Assembly: GCA_963734495.1 (NCBI GenBank)
Contig: CAVTHK010000002.1
Span: 64,001 to 128,000 of the forward strand
DNA from: an uncultured Spirochaetota bacterium
GTDB taxonomy: Bacteria > Spirochaetota > Spirochaetia > SZUA-6 > CAVTHK01
Length of the DNA: 64,000 nucleotides
Reading direction: 5' to 3'
This document shows positions 40,416-52,844 of this stretch, in pieces; position 1 is the stretch's first letter, and each line of letters starts with the position of its first letter. The notes below the pieces were generated by a model that saw only the letters and a list, made by a program, of their open reading frames with translations, did no database searches and was not told the DNA's origin. The translations under genes and the position numbers were made by a program.

Positions 40416-40808
40416 ATGCGTTTTACAAAGGGTGGCGGTCTCGTGCTGATGGTCGTGGTCATCGCCCTGTCGTCGTGCACCACGTTCCAGCTTTCGGGCA
40501 CGCAGGTCACGAAGCAGATCCCGAGCTACACCTCGGTGGGCACGTTCGACATCACGGTCGCCGTGCACGAGTTCCTGGGCGGGTCCGGCGGCCCCAACCT
40601 CCTGAACGTGACGGCGGATGCCATGGACACGGTGATCTACGACGCCATTCAGCGTGAGATCCAGAAGTACACCGCCGACGCGGCCGTGAACGTCACGGTG
40701 ACCTACCAGGCCACATTCGTCGACATCCTGCTGAACGCGATCACGCTGAACATCTATGCTCCGGCGCACGCGCACATCACGGGAACCATCGTCAAGTACA
40801 GCAAGTAG
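40416..40808 (+). CDS. Hypothetical lipoprotein
   Basis: AGGAGG ribosome-binding site; lipobox LSS-C; strong codon bias. Confidence 0.75.
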   Translation: MRFTKGGGLVLMVVVIALSSCTTFQLSGTQVTKQIPSYTSVGTFDITVAVHEFLGGSGGPNLLNVTADAMDTVIYDAIQREIQKYTADAAVNVTVTYQATFVDILLNAITLNIYAPAHAHITGTIVKYSK

Positions 40809-40811
40809 GTA

Positions 40812-41228
40812 GTGAAAGGAGGCGCCGCCTCCGTGAAGCTGTTGGTCGCAGGGCTCCTCGCGCTCGCTCTCGCGGGCTGCGGGGGGCCGCCCGAGCGCGA
40901 GATCGTCTCCACGTTCCGCTCCTTCGTGATCGCCGTCGAGATCGGCGACGCGGAGAAGCAGGAGACGATCGCGCCTTTTCTCCTGACGCTCGATCCCCCC
41001 CTGAGGGCTCAGGCCGTGAGCGCCCTGCGCGCGCTGGCCGCGGGAAATCCCGAGATGCGGGTGACGCGCGGAGCGGGCTCGACGTGGCTCCTCCAGGTCG
41101 CGCACGACGGGTCGACCCTGTCCGTCCCTTTCCGGCGCAACGAGCGGGGCCGCTGGGAGATGAGCCCGGTCCTCGAATCGACCTACCATTTCGACATTGT
41201 TCCAGGGAAGAGACAGGGCGCGCCCTGA
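40812..41228 (+). CDS. Hypothetical lipoprotein
   Basis: Lipobox LAG-C; directly follows the previous gene. Confidence 0.65.
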   Translation: MKGGAASVKLLVAGLLALALAGCGGPPEREIVSTFRSFVIAVEIGDAEKQETIAPFLLTLDPPLRAQAVSALRALAAGNPEMRVTRGAGSTWLLQVAHDGSTLSVPFRRNERGRWEMSPVLESTYHFDIVPGKRQGAP

Positions 41229-41252
41229 GCGAACCGTGTGACGGCGGCCGAC

Positions 41253-44410
<3,158 letters not shown>

Positions 44411-44556
44411 GTCTGTTCCTTTTGTTGTGTCTGGTGTTAAAGCCCGCAGCGTCGGTGGGTCACGGACTCGAACCCGGTTGGCCTCCAAGATACACGCCGA
44501 CGCATGTGATGGTCAACCGGCGGTCGCGTCGACGTCGCCCGTGCGCGCGCGGCTCC

Positions 44557-45471
44557 TCAACGCACCCGCGGGCGCGGGTCCAGCCGGTGGAGCCCGGCGG
44601 CCTTCGCGGCCGCCACGGCGGCGTCGTATTCCCGGGCCGTCGTCCTCGATCCGATCACGGCGTCGCCGCGCGCGCGGTACAACGGCCGGTACTGGTCCAT
44701 CAGGTTGACGTAAGTGTCGCGCGAGAGCGAGGCGAGGAAGCGCATGATGGCCCCGGTGTTCGACGCGCCGCCCGGCATCACGAGATGGCGCACCAGAAGC
44801 CCCCGCACGGCGAGGCCGCCCTCGATGACGAGGTCGCCCACCTGCCGGTGCATCTCGGCGATCGCGGCGGCGGCCGTCTCTCCGTAATCGTCGACGCCCG
44901 GGAGCCAGCGTGCGCCTTCACCCTTCCAGAACTTAAAGTCCGGCATGTAGATGTCGACCACCCCGTCGAGGAGCCGCAGCGTCTCCACGGAGTCGTAGCC
45001 GCCGCTGTTCCACACGAGCGGGAGCCGCAGGCCTTCGGCCGCCGCGATCGCCAGAGCCTCGAGGATCTGCGCGGCGACGTGCGTAGGGGTGACGAGGTTG
45101 ATGTTGGCGCAGCCCGTGGCCTGCAGAGCGAGCATGGCCCGCGCGAGCCTCCGCGGCGTCGCGTCGAAACCGGCGAGACGGTGGCTGATGTCGCAGTTCT
45201 GGCAGAAGGAGCACAGCAGGCTGCACCCGGCAAAGAAGATCGTGCCGGAGCCTCCCGAGCCGACGAGGGGCCGCTCTTCGCCGAAGTGGGGAGCGGCCGA
45301 GGCGACGCGCGCGAGCCTGCCGATTCGGCAGATGCCGCGGTCGCCGAGCAGCCGGTTCGCGCCGCAGCGCCGCGGGCAGAGACGGCAGTTCTCCAGCGAG
45401 GTGAGGGCCGAGCGGATCCTCTCCTCAAGGACCCCTTCCCGATAGAGGCGCAGGTACGAGGGCTCGGCCGT
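44557..45471 (-). CDS. Radical SAM protein (PflX-like) with apparent ACG start
   Basis: Open frame from 45471: AEPSYLRLY..CRLCPRRC..HFGEE..GSGTIFFAGCSLLCSFCQN..NINLVTPTH..DIYMPDFKF; GGAGG lies 6 nt before the ACG. Confidence 0.85.
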   Translation of the reverse strand, partial: TAEPSYLRLYREGVLEERIRSALTSLENCRLCPRRCGANRLLGDRGICRIGRLARVASAAPHFGEERPLVGSGGSGTIFFAGCSLLCSFCQNCDISHRLAGFDATPRRLARAMLALQATGCANINLVTPTHVAAQILEALAIAAAEGLRLPLVWNSGGYDSVETLRLLDGVVDIYMPDFKFWKGEGARWLPGVDDYGETAAAAIAEMHRQVGDLVIEGGLAVRGLLVRHLVMPGGASNTGAIMRFLASLSRDTYVNLMDQYRPLYRARGDAVIGSRTTAREYDAAVAAAKAAGLHRLDPRPRVR

Positions 45472-45483
45472 TCGGGACCTCCG

Positions 45484-45936
45484 CTATCGGTGGTAGCGGC
45501 CCATGAGCTGCGCTTCGGCGAGCACGCCCTTCGTGATCGCGCGCTCGACCTGCTTCTGCGTCTGGCCGGCGGGCAGGCCGAGCGTCCGATCGAGGGCGAG
45601 GAGCTTGAAGAAATAGCGGTGGGTGCCGCCCGGAGGGCAGGGGCCCCCGTAGCCCGTGCGGCGGAAGTCATTCGTGCCCTGGCGGCCACCCACCCGCGGC
45701 TGGCCGTCGGCGGGGACGTGCTCGGGCAGCTCGCGGAGCGCGGCCGGCAGGTCGTAGAGCACCCAGTGCACCCAGGGGCCCATCGGCGCGTCGGGGTCGT
45801 CGCAGATCAGGACGAAGCACTTCGTGCCGTCGGGCACGGCGCCCCACGACAGAGGCGGCGAGACGTCGGCCCCGTCGCACGTGTACTTCGAAGGTATCAT
45901 GCCGCCGTCGGCGAATGCGGAGCTCGTGAGCAGCAT
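45484..45936 (-). CDS. YbhB/YbcL (PEBP/RKIP-like) protein
   Basis: DDPDAP..WVHW and GYGGPCPPGGTHRYFF. Confidence 0.92.
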   Translation of the reverse strand: MLLTSSAFADGGMIPSKYTCDGADVSPPLSWGAVPDGTKCFVLICDDPDAPMGPWVHWVLYDLPAALRELPEHVPADGQPRVGGRQGTNDFRRTGYGGPCPPGGTHRYFFKLLALDRTLGLPAGQTQKQVERAITKGVLAEAQLMGRYHR

Positions 45937-45954
45937 GGCGATCCTCCTCTCGAT

Positions 45955-46539
45955 TCAATCGGTGCAGGTCCGCAGCAGAACGTCCTCAAGCCGCCGTTTG
46001 GGCACGTGGTGGGTCCCGTCGCGGTCTCGGTAGTACTTGAGGGAGCCTCCCGGCCCGGCCTCCTCGAGCACGATCTTCTCCACCGGCGCGCCGATCGCCA
46101 CCACCAGCACGATCTCCAGGTTGTCGGGAAGCTGCAGGATCTCGTGCAGCGCCGGGCGCTGGATCGCCCCGAACATGCACCCGGCCAGCCCCATCGAGAC
46201 GGCGGCGAGCAGCAGCGTGTGCGCCGCGATGCCGGCGTCGTGAGGCGCCGGCTCGCAGACGTCCCGGTCGTGGAGGATCACGACGTACGCCGTCGGCCGC
46301 TCCCGTTCCGCGGGCCCGGGCCAGTCGGGAAGAGCACCCGCCCAGGAGAGGGTCGCGAAGATCTTCGCGTTCATCGCGGGTCCGCACGACGCCACGTACC
46401 TGAGAGGCTGCCGGTTGGCCGCCGACGGGACGTGGCGAACCACGTCGACGAGGTCGCGCACGACGGCCGGGGTCACGGCGACCGTCGAGTCGAACCTGCG
46501 GCAGCTGCGCGTCTTGAGCACGAGCTCCCGGAAGTCCAT
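45955..46539 (-). CDS. Nitroreductase family protein
   Basis: RSCRRF, PSAANRQPL, DAGIAA and HHVPKR. Confidence 0.88.
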   Translation of the reverse strand: MDFRELVLKTRSCRRFDSTVAVTPAVVRDLVDVVRHVPSAANRQPLRYVASCGPAMNAKIFATLSWAGALPDWPGPAERERPTAYVVILHDRDVCEPAPHDAGIAAHTLLLAAVSMGLAGCMFGAIQRPALHEILQLPDNLEIVLVVAIGAPVEKIVLEEAGPGGSLKYYRDRDGTHHVPKRRLEDVLLRTCTD

Positions 46540-46567
46540 GGGTCGAGGATAGCACGGCCGCCGGCGC

Positions 46568-46627
46568 GGGTCGAACCCGCGTCGAGCGGGTCGAACGGGT
46601 CGAACCGGGTCGAACCGGTCGAACCGG
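46568..46627. repeat. Tandem 9-10 bp repeats (GGGTCGAACC-like, about 6 units) in a divergent promoter region
   Basis: gggtcgaacc cgcgtcgagc gggtcgaac gggtcgaacc gggtcgaacc ggtcgaacc. Confidence 0.85.
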
Positions 46628-46632
46628 AAAAC

Positions 46633-46662
46633 TTGACAACCCGCGGAGCCAGGTGCTAGAGT
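46633..46662 (+). promoter_or_regulatory. Putative sigma70 promoter
   Basis: TTGACA-18 nt-TAGAGT with TG extension; ATG 9 nt downstream. Confidence 0.55.
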
Positions 46663-46671
46663 CAGGACGCA

Positions 46672-47146
46672 ATGCCTGTCAAAGATCCCGACGTTTTCAA
46701 GCTGATCGAGCGGATCGGCGACCACTATCAGCGAAACATCAACAACCAGCATGTCCGAAAGACATTCCTGAACCTTCCGCTGTCGAACTCGGTCTGGGAC
46801 CTCATCGACAACCTCACGAACAAGAGCGACTACTTCAAGTACCAGGGCTACCAGTACCAGGAGCTCTATGACCAGATCGTCGCCGCCGCCAGCCTCGTCT
46901 ATCAGCTCCGCCAGCAGGTCGTCCCGATCCTCCGCAACCTGGTCACCCGGGCCCCTTCCGACGAGCAGGTGGTGCTCAAGATGGTAGCGGCCAACTTCCC
47001 GACGAACCTCTCGATCTTCGCGGACATGCTCAACGAGCTCTATCTCAAGGTCACCAATCTCGATCGCGCCGAGCACCGCGCGGGGAGCGTCGGTCTACGA
47101 GAAGAACCCCGAGCTCAGCCAGCTCGGGCGTTACCTGGTGGGGTGA
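46672..47146 (+). CDS. Conserved hypothetical protein (spirochaete-type); frameshift near 47085
   Basis: Strong codon bias; C-terminus VYEKNPELSQLGRYLVG in a shifted frame; resembles Treponema-type hypotheticals from memory. Confidence 0.65.
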
Positions 47147-47173
47147 AGGGCCGCCCGCTCTCCCGCCCGGGGC

Positions 47174-48157
47174 TCAGAGCAGCCCTTTGAGCTCCTCGAT
47201 CGCCTGGAAGTGACGCAGCTTGCCGAGCGCCTTTTCCTGGATCTGGCGCACCCTCTCCCGCGTGATGCCGAGAAGCTTGCCGGTCTGTTCCAGCGTGTGA
47301 GGGCCGCACCCCTCGAGACCGAACCGCAGCTTGATGATGCGCATCTCGCGCTCGGTCAGCCGCTCGAGAACCTTGCGGATGGTGTCCTGGAGGGTGAGGC
47401 TGAAGACGCTGTCAAAGGGGGCGCTGCTGGCCGAGTCCTGGATCAGGTCGGCCAGGCGCGTGAGGTTGTCCTCGTCGATCGTGGTGTCGAGGGACGCCGT
47501 CTCCTGCGAGAGCTTGATGATCTCCTTGATCTTGGAGGGCGAGACCCGCATGTGCTTGGCGAGCTCACCGCTCGTGGGGTCGCGGCCGAGCTCCTGCGTG
47601 AGCTGTTTGGCGGCGAAATAGCACTTCTTGATCGTGTTCAGCATGTGGATCGGGATGCGGATGACGCGCCCCTTGTCCGCGAGGGACTTGATGATCGCCT
47701 GACGGATCCACCAGGTCCCGTAGGTCGAGAAGCGGCACCCGCGACGGTAGTCGAACCGCTCGACGGCCTCGATGAGCCCGATGTTGCCTTCGTCGATGAG
47801 GTCGAGGAGGGAAAGCCCCCGGTGCTGGTACTTCTTCGCAATGGCGACGACCAGCCGCAGGTTCGCGTTGATCATCCGGTTCTTGAGCGCCACGAGGTCG
47901 CTCTCGACCGCGGCCCGCTCGGCGGCGGCCACGGTCTTGCGCGGGCGCGCGAGGGCCCCGCGGCGGCCGAGCCTCCGGCGGCGCGCCTTGAGAGCGGCGA
48001 CCCGACGCCCGATGCGCCGCTCGTCCTCGCCGGACAGCAGCGGGTACTGCGCTATCTGCTTGAGGTAGAGATAGAGTGGATCACTGTCGCGGATCGCCTG
48101 CGAATCCGTCCGCTCGCCGGTGAGGACTCGCAGACCTGGCTCGACCTCCCGACGCAT
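47174..48157 (-). CDS. RNA polymerase sigma-70 factor, RpoS/group 2-like
   Basis: [54 protein letters not shown] and TRERVRQIQ; no region 1.1. Confidence 0.92.
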   Translation of the reverse strand: MRREVEPGLRVLTGERTDSQAIRDSDPLYLYLKQIAQYPLLSGEDERRIGRRVAALKARRRRLGRRGALARPRKTVAAAERAAVESDLVALKNRMINANLRLVVAIAKKYQHRGLSLLDLIDEGNIGLIEAVERFDYRRGCRFSTYGTWWIRQAIIKSLADKGRVIRIPIHMLNTIKKCYFAAKQLTQELGRDPTSGELAKHMRVSPSKIKEIIKLSQETASLDTTIDEDNLTRLADLIQDSASSAPFDSVFSLTLQDTIRKVLERLTEREMRIIKLRFGLEGCGPHTLEQTGKLLGITRERVRQIQEKALGKLRHFQAIEELKGLL

Positions 48158-48174
48158 GTCACCTCGGCGCCCCC

Positions 48175-48203
48175 AATCTACCCTATACCGGATAGGGGGT
48201 CAA
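48175..48203 (-). promoter_or_regulatory. sigma70 promoter of the sigma gene with a palindromic spacer
   Basis: TTGACC-ccctatccggtataggg (17 nt)-TAGATT. Confidence 0.6.
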
Positions 48204-48330
48204 CTTTGCGTTCGTACGGCCTAACACCTAACCCCTGGCCCCGGGCGCGGTCCGCCGTGCCCGGACCCGGCCGGCGCCTGGAACCGGCGCAGCCCCGCTG
48301 ATGACGGCGTTTCCGGAAGTCCGACAGGCT

Positions 48331-49116
48331 CTACGCGCGGGGCGCGCGCGCCGGGTCGAGCGGCTCGCTGCCGCGCGCCGCGAAGAAGATGACCTTGGCC
48401 ACTCCGTCGTGCGGGTGGACGCCGAGGGTCGCGAGGCGCGTTCCGGCGCTCACGTGGTCCCCCACGCGCACGAGAAGATCGCTCGCCCCCGCGTAGGCGA
48501 ACGTGACGCCGTTCTCGCACTTGACGAAAACGATCTGGCCGTAGCCGCGAAACGGGGCCGCCCAGGTGACGCGGCCGCTGGACACGGAGTAGACGGGGTC
48601 GCCGGGCGCGCCCTGGATCGCCACTCCCGGAGCGAGCTGCCCCTCGAGCGGGCGGATCTCGCCCGGGTGGGGCCAGAAGGGAAGCCCGCTCGGGACCTCC
48701 GGCGGCGGCGGCTGCGGCGCGGTCGTAGAGACCGTCTGCGTGCGGGCGTCCTGCTCCCAGGCCGCCTCCGGCACCCGCAGCAGGTCCCCGGCCTTGAGCA
48801 CGCGGTCGGCCGGGAACGAGTTGATCCTCCGGAGCTCGGTCACGGTGATCTCGAACCTGCGGGCGATGGAGTAGAGCGTGTCGCCCTTCTGCGCGCGATA
48901 CTCGCCGTAGGCTTCGGGGATCTCGATGCGGGTTCCGACCTTGAGGCTGCTGGGGTCCGTGATGTTGTTCGTTCGCAGCAGGTCGTCGAGCGGCACGCGG
49001 AACTTGCGGGAAACGCTGTAGAGGGTATCGCCCCTGCGCAGCGTGTAGCTCTCCGCCCACCCCCGCGGCGCAGCGGCAGCGAGGAGGAGCGCACACGCGA
49101 GCAGGGTCCATTTCAT
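48331..49116 (-). CDS. Two LysM domains + degenerate M23 domain (NlpD-like)
   Basis: Two GDTLYS LysM repeats; M23-like GYGQIVFV..VRVGDHVSAG lacking HxxxD and HxH. Confidence 0.85.
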   Translation of the reverse strand: MKWTLLACALLLAAAAPRGWAESYTLRRGDTLYSVSRKFRVPLDDLLRTNNITDPSSLKVGTRIEIPEAYGEYRAQKGDTLYSIARRFEITVTELRRINSFPADRVLKAGDLLRVPEAAWEQDARTQTVSTTAPQPPPPEVPSGLPFWPHPGEIRPLEGQLAPGVAIQGAPGDPVYSVSSGRVTWAAPFRGYGQIVFVKCENGVTFAYAGASDLLVRVGDHVSAGTRLATLGVHPHDGVAKVIFFAARGSEPLDPARAPRA

Positions 49117-49189
49117 GAACAGCCGTCCTACCTAGACTGTTCGGCGGCGGGTTCCTTAAATTCAAACGGCGGCGGGCGGGAAAAGGAAA

Positions 49190-49263
49190 TCGGGCTGGGC
49201 GGATTTGAACCGCCGACTTCTCGGTCCCGAACCGAGCGCGCTAAGCCCCTGCGCTACAGCCCG
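49190..49263 (-). tRNA. tRNA-Pro(CGG)
   Basis: CGGGCTG acceptor stem; anticodon arm CTCGG-TTCGGGA-CCGAG; T-loop GTTCAAATC; CCA not encoded. Confidence 0.95.
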
Positions 49264-49274
49264 ATATCGCGAAA

Positions 49275-49348
49275 CGGGAGCGACGGGACTTGAACCCGCG
49301 GCCTCCAGCTTGACAGGCTGGCGTGATAACCAGCTTCACTACGCCCCC
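49275..49348 (-). tRNA. tRNA-Asp(GTC)
   Basis: Anticodon arm CCAGC-CTGTCAA-GCTGG; T-loop GTTCAAGTC; CCA not encoded. Confidence 0.95.
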
Positions 49349-49363
49349 ACGACAACGAAGGCC

Positions 49364-49392
49364 AATATAGGCGGCGCCCCGCCGGTTGTCAA
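49364..49392 (-). promoter_or_regulatory. sigma70 promoter of the tRNA pair
   Basis: TTGACA-17 nt-TATATT. Confidence 0.7.
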
Positions 49393-49574
49393 GGTTCGCG
49401 GACGAACCCCGAAGGCCGCGCGCCTATCGCGCGGGTGGCCCGGCGCAGCCAGGCGCCCTTGTCCGGCGCGCCTTGGGCCGGCGTACTGGCGCGGGCGGGC
49501 GGGGCGGCGGCCGGCTCTCGACACGCCCGCTCTCGAATTGACATCCCGCCGGGTTCCTTGTTACGGTCTCTGCC

Positions 49575-51125
49575 ATGGCCATGTTTTCTCGAGCCGCCCG
49601 CAGACACATGCGGAAGACCAAGGACGAAGACGTCTCGCAGATCAAGAAACAGAACCGCAGCCCCCTGCTCTACGGCATGAGCATCGCGATCCTCGCGATC
49701 ATCACCGTGACCTTCATCGGCACGCCCGTCGTGACCCGGTGGCGTTCGGCTGCGCGCCTGGATTTCGGCACCTACGCGGGCAAGCACATCTCTTACGTCC
49801 AGGGCAACTACTTCGCTTCCCAGTACACAACGGCGGCCGAGAGCCTTCGCAGGTCCGCCCAGGATGCCAACCTCGAGAGCCAGCTCTACCAGGCCTGGCG
49901 CTACGCCTTTAACCAGACCGTGCTCCACATGGCGATTCTCCAGGAGATGGATCGGGCCGGCGCGTGGGTCTCGGACGAGCGGGTGAGCGACTCGCTGGTG
50001 GAATACGGCCCCTACGTCGTGGCGGGCACCTTTGACAGCGACCGTTACGCAAAGACACCCCAGGCCGAAAGGACCGCCAACCGGAAGCTCCGGCGGGAAG
50101 AGCTGCTGCACGACCAGTATTTGAGCGACATGTTCGCGACCTCGAAGGTCAGCGACCCCGAAAAGAAGTTCATCACGCAGATGGCCGCGACCGAGCGGCG
50201 CTACTCGTTCGTCGTCTACAAGTTCTCCAACCTCCCCGACAGCCGCGTCATCTCGTACGGGCTCGAGAACGAGAAGCGCTTCCGCAAGATGAAGCTGAGC
50301 AGGATCACGATCCGCGGCAGCAAGCGCGAGGCCGAGCAGGTCCGCGCCCGCGTCGGGGGCGCCAGCTTCGACGAGCTGGCCCGCTCCTACTCCAAAGACC
50401 CCTACGCGGAGAAGGGCGGCGACCTGGGCTGGCAGTACTACCACCAGGTCGAGGCCCTCTTCGGAAAGCAGGAGCCGGTCGACGCGATCTTCGCGCTCAA
50501 GGAGGGCGAAGTGAGCCCCGTGCTGGAGTCCGGCGGCTCGTTCGTCTTTTTCCGCGCCGATTCGGCGCCGGTCGCCCCCGACTTCAAGCAGGCGGACACG
50601 CTCAAGGCGGTCCACGACTACATCCTCAGCAGCGAGGTGGGAGTGGCCGAGACCTATTTCCTGGACGAGGGCAAGAAGCTGGCAGCCGCCGCGAAGGAAA
50701 AAGGGTTCAACCGGGCCCTCGCCGACGCCGGGCTGTTCCCGCCCCAGGAGACGGAGTTCTTCCCGGTCAACTACGGGAACGCTCTTCCGACGCGGCGCGT
50801 TGCGGTCAAGGGGAACGACCAGTCGGCGCTGGCCGGCGCGGCGTTCGACGAGGACTTCCTGCGGTCGCTTGCCGCGCTCCCCCAGGGGGGCGTGAGCGAC
50901 CCGCTCCTGGTGGGCGACCGCGTGATCGTCGCTTCGCTGCTCGAGGAGCGGCCGATGCCGCCCAAGGACCTCGACCTGGTCGCTTCGTCGATGGATTCCT
51001 TTGCGCTGCAGGCGCTGCAGCAGGAGCTCCCGCAGGACCTGATCGACAACAAGAAGCTGGACGACCGCTTCCAGGAGACCTTCTTCTCCAGGATCCTCGG
51101 GGGCAGGGGCGCCGCGGCCCAGTAG
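49575..51125 (+). CDS. Membrane-anchored SurA-N/PpiD-like parvulin peptidyl-prolyl isomerase
   Basis: N-terminal TM helix; SFDELARSYSKD..KGGDLGW..LKEGEVSPV. Confidence 0.8.
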   Translation: MAMFSRAARRHMRKTKDEDVSQIKKQNRSPLLYGMSIAILAIITVTFIGTPVVTRWRSAARLDFGTYAGKHISYVQGNYFASQYTTAAESLRRSAQDANLESQLYQAWRYAFNQTVLHMAILQEMDRAGAWVSDERVSDSLVEYGPYVVAGTFDSDRYAKTPQAERTANRKLRREELLHDQYLSDMFATSKVSDPEKKFITQMAATERRYSFVVYKFSNLPDSRVISYGLENEKRFRKMKLSRITIRGSKREAEQVRARVGGASFDELARSYSKDPYAEKGGDLGWQYYHQVEALFGKQEPVDAIFALKEGEVSPVLESGGSFVFFRADSAPVAPDFKQADTLKAVHDYILSSEVGVAETYFLDEGKKLAAAAKEKGFNRALADAGLFPPQETEFFPVNYGNALPTRRVAVKGNDQSALAGAAFDEDFLRSLAALPQGGVSDPLLVGDRVIVASLLEERPMPPKDLDLVASSMDSFALQALQQELPQDLIDNKKLDDRFQETFFSRILGGRGAAAQ

Positions 51126-51132
51126 CCCGCCC

Positions 51133-52782
51133 ATGGAACCGGAGCCGCCCCGCGTCTGGGAAACCGGACGGGGCCTCACGGTCAGATACGGCGGAAGGCT
51201 TCTCTACTCGAGCGTCGACCCGCTGCGCGGGGTCGTGCGGCGCATGGACGCCGCGGCGCCGCGCGCGGTCCCGCCGCGGAGCCTGGTGTTCGTGCCTTCC
51301 GTCGGCCTCGGTCACGGCCTCGCGGAGCTCTTGGCGCGCACGCCGCCGAGCAGCCACATCGTGTGCGTCGAGATCGATCAGCAGCTCTTCGCGACCGCCT
51401 GCGGCCTGCGGCCGCGGCTCTTCCCGGACGACCCGCGCCTGTCGGTCGTGCGGGGCGAAGACCCCGCGGCCGTCGCGCGCATGGCTCACGGGCTCGGCCT
51501 GGGGCGCTTCCGCCGCGTGCTCAGCGTCCCGCTGTGCGCGGGCTACGACGCGGAGCGGCAGCGCTACGACCGCATCGCGGACGCCCTGCGCGACGCGGTC
51601 CGCGTGCACTGGCAGAACAGGATGACGCTCATCCGCATGGGGCGGCTCTGGGTGCGCAATCTCATCGCCAACATCGCGGCACTCCCGCAGGCGGCGGACT
51701 GGACCGCGCTGCGCTGCGAAGGGCCGATCCTCGTCGTCGGCGCGGGCCCGTCGCTCGAACAGCGGCTGGACTGGATCGCCGCCCACCGCGATCGGCTGCG
51801 CGTGCTCGCGGTCGACACCGCGCTCCCGGTGCTCGCGGACGCGGGCCTGCGACCGGACATCGTGTTCGCCCTCGAGGCGCAGTGGCTGAACCTCGAGGAC
51901 TTCCTCGGCGCGAGCCTCGACGAGTGCAGCCTGGTCGCCGACATCACCGCGACGCCGTCGCTGCTGCGTCGAGCGCCGCGCCTCTACCTGTGCGCGTCGC
52001 GATTCGCTCCGATCGCGCTTCTCTCGCGGCTCGAGGCTGCGGGCCTGAGCCCCGGCGCGATCCCTCCGCTCGGCTCGGTGGGCGTGGCTGCGCTCCACCT
52101 GGCTCTCGGGCTCACCGCGGGCCCGGTGCTCGCGGCGGGCCTCGACTTCGCCTACAGCGGCGGGAGGACGCACGCGCGGGGGGCGCCGGCGATGCGGGCC
52201 GCTCTCGCCGCGGCCAGCCGCCTCGCGCCCGCGGATTCCACGGCCGCCGCGGCCCTGCTCGGCCGGCGTCTGCTGCGCGTAGCGGACAAGCGCGGCGAGC
52301 CGACGCTGAGCGACCTGGTGCTGCAGGGCTACGCGCGCGAGGCGTCCCGAGTCGCCGGCGCCGCGGACGGGCAGGCGGGGCGCGTGATCGATCTCGACGC
52401 CGCGGGCCTGGACAAGGGCGGGCATCCGTTGGACCAGGGGCTGCCCGCGGCCTGGCCCCGCCTCGCGCGTCCGGCGCGCCCCGCGCCCGCAGCGCCGCGC
52501 TGGGGCCGCGAGGCGGTGGCCCGCTTCGCCGCCGCGGAGCGCGAGCGGCTCGCCGCCGCTGCCGGCCTGCTCGAGCGGCTGCTCGCGTCGCCGGCCGCCG
52601 GCGCGCTCGACACGCAGGCGGGGAGCCTTCTTCGTGAAGTGGATTACCTGTACCTGGACTTCCCCGACACGTCGCCGCTTCCGAGCGCGGAGCCGCGCTT
52701 TCTCGAGCGCCTGGCGCGATCGGCGGGCGCTGCCGCGCGCTGGTGGGAGCAGAGCAGCGGGCTCATCGATCGGGAAGGGTAG
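51133..52782 (+). CDS. MptE-like/motility-associated factor (DUF115) protein
   Basis: VVGAGPSL, AVDTA, GSV..AL.LA and GLDFAY. Confidence 0.75.
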   Translation: MEPEPPRVWETGRGLTVRYGGRLLYSSVDPLRGVVRRMDAAAPRAVPPRSLVFVPSVGLGHGLAELLARTPPSSHIVCVEIDQQLFATACGLRPRLFPDDPRLSVVRGEDPAAVARMAHGLGLGRFRRVLSVPLCAGYDAERQRYDRIADALRDAVRVHWQNRMTLIRMGRLWVRNLIANIAALPQAADWTALRCEGPILVVGAGPSLEQRLDWIAAHRDRLRVLAVDTALPVLADAGLRPDIVFALEAQWLNLEDFLGASLDECSLVADITATPSLLRRAPRLYLCASRFAPIALLSRLEAAGLSPGAIPPLGSVGVAALHLALGLTAGPVLAAGLDFAYSGGRTHARGAPAMRAALAAASRLAPADSTAAAALLGRRLLRVADKRGEPTLSDLVLQGYAREASRVAGAADGQAGRVIDLDAAGLDKGGHPLDQGLPAAWPRLARPARPAPAAPRWGREAVARFAAAERERLAAAAGLLERLLASPAAGALDTQAGSLLREVDYLYLDFPDTSPLPSAEPRFLERLARSAGAAARWWEQSSGLIDREG

Positions 52783-52844
52783 GCGACGAGGGCGCGCTCT
52801 GCGGGCGGAGCGCGCGGATGACCGCGCCCGCCGCGCCTCCGCGC

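Noticed and set aside
44455-44486. tRNA-like GGGTTCGAGTCC in the helicase 5' leader
   Set aside because: No acceptor, D or anticodon arms can be built; probably ordinary UTR.
45484-45486. Pyrrolysine or amber recoding fusing YbhB to the radical SAM protein
   Set aside because: TAG ends many other genes normally here, YbhB ends at its usual length, and the SD plus ACG explains the frame more simply.
46568-46627. LexA/SOS boxes in the GAAC repeats
   Set aside because: Spacing is N5-N6, matching neither GAAC-N4-GTTC nor GAAC-N7-GAAC, and the flanking genes are not repair genes.
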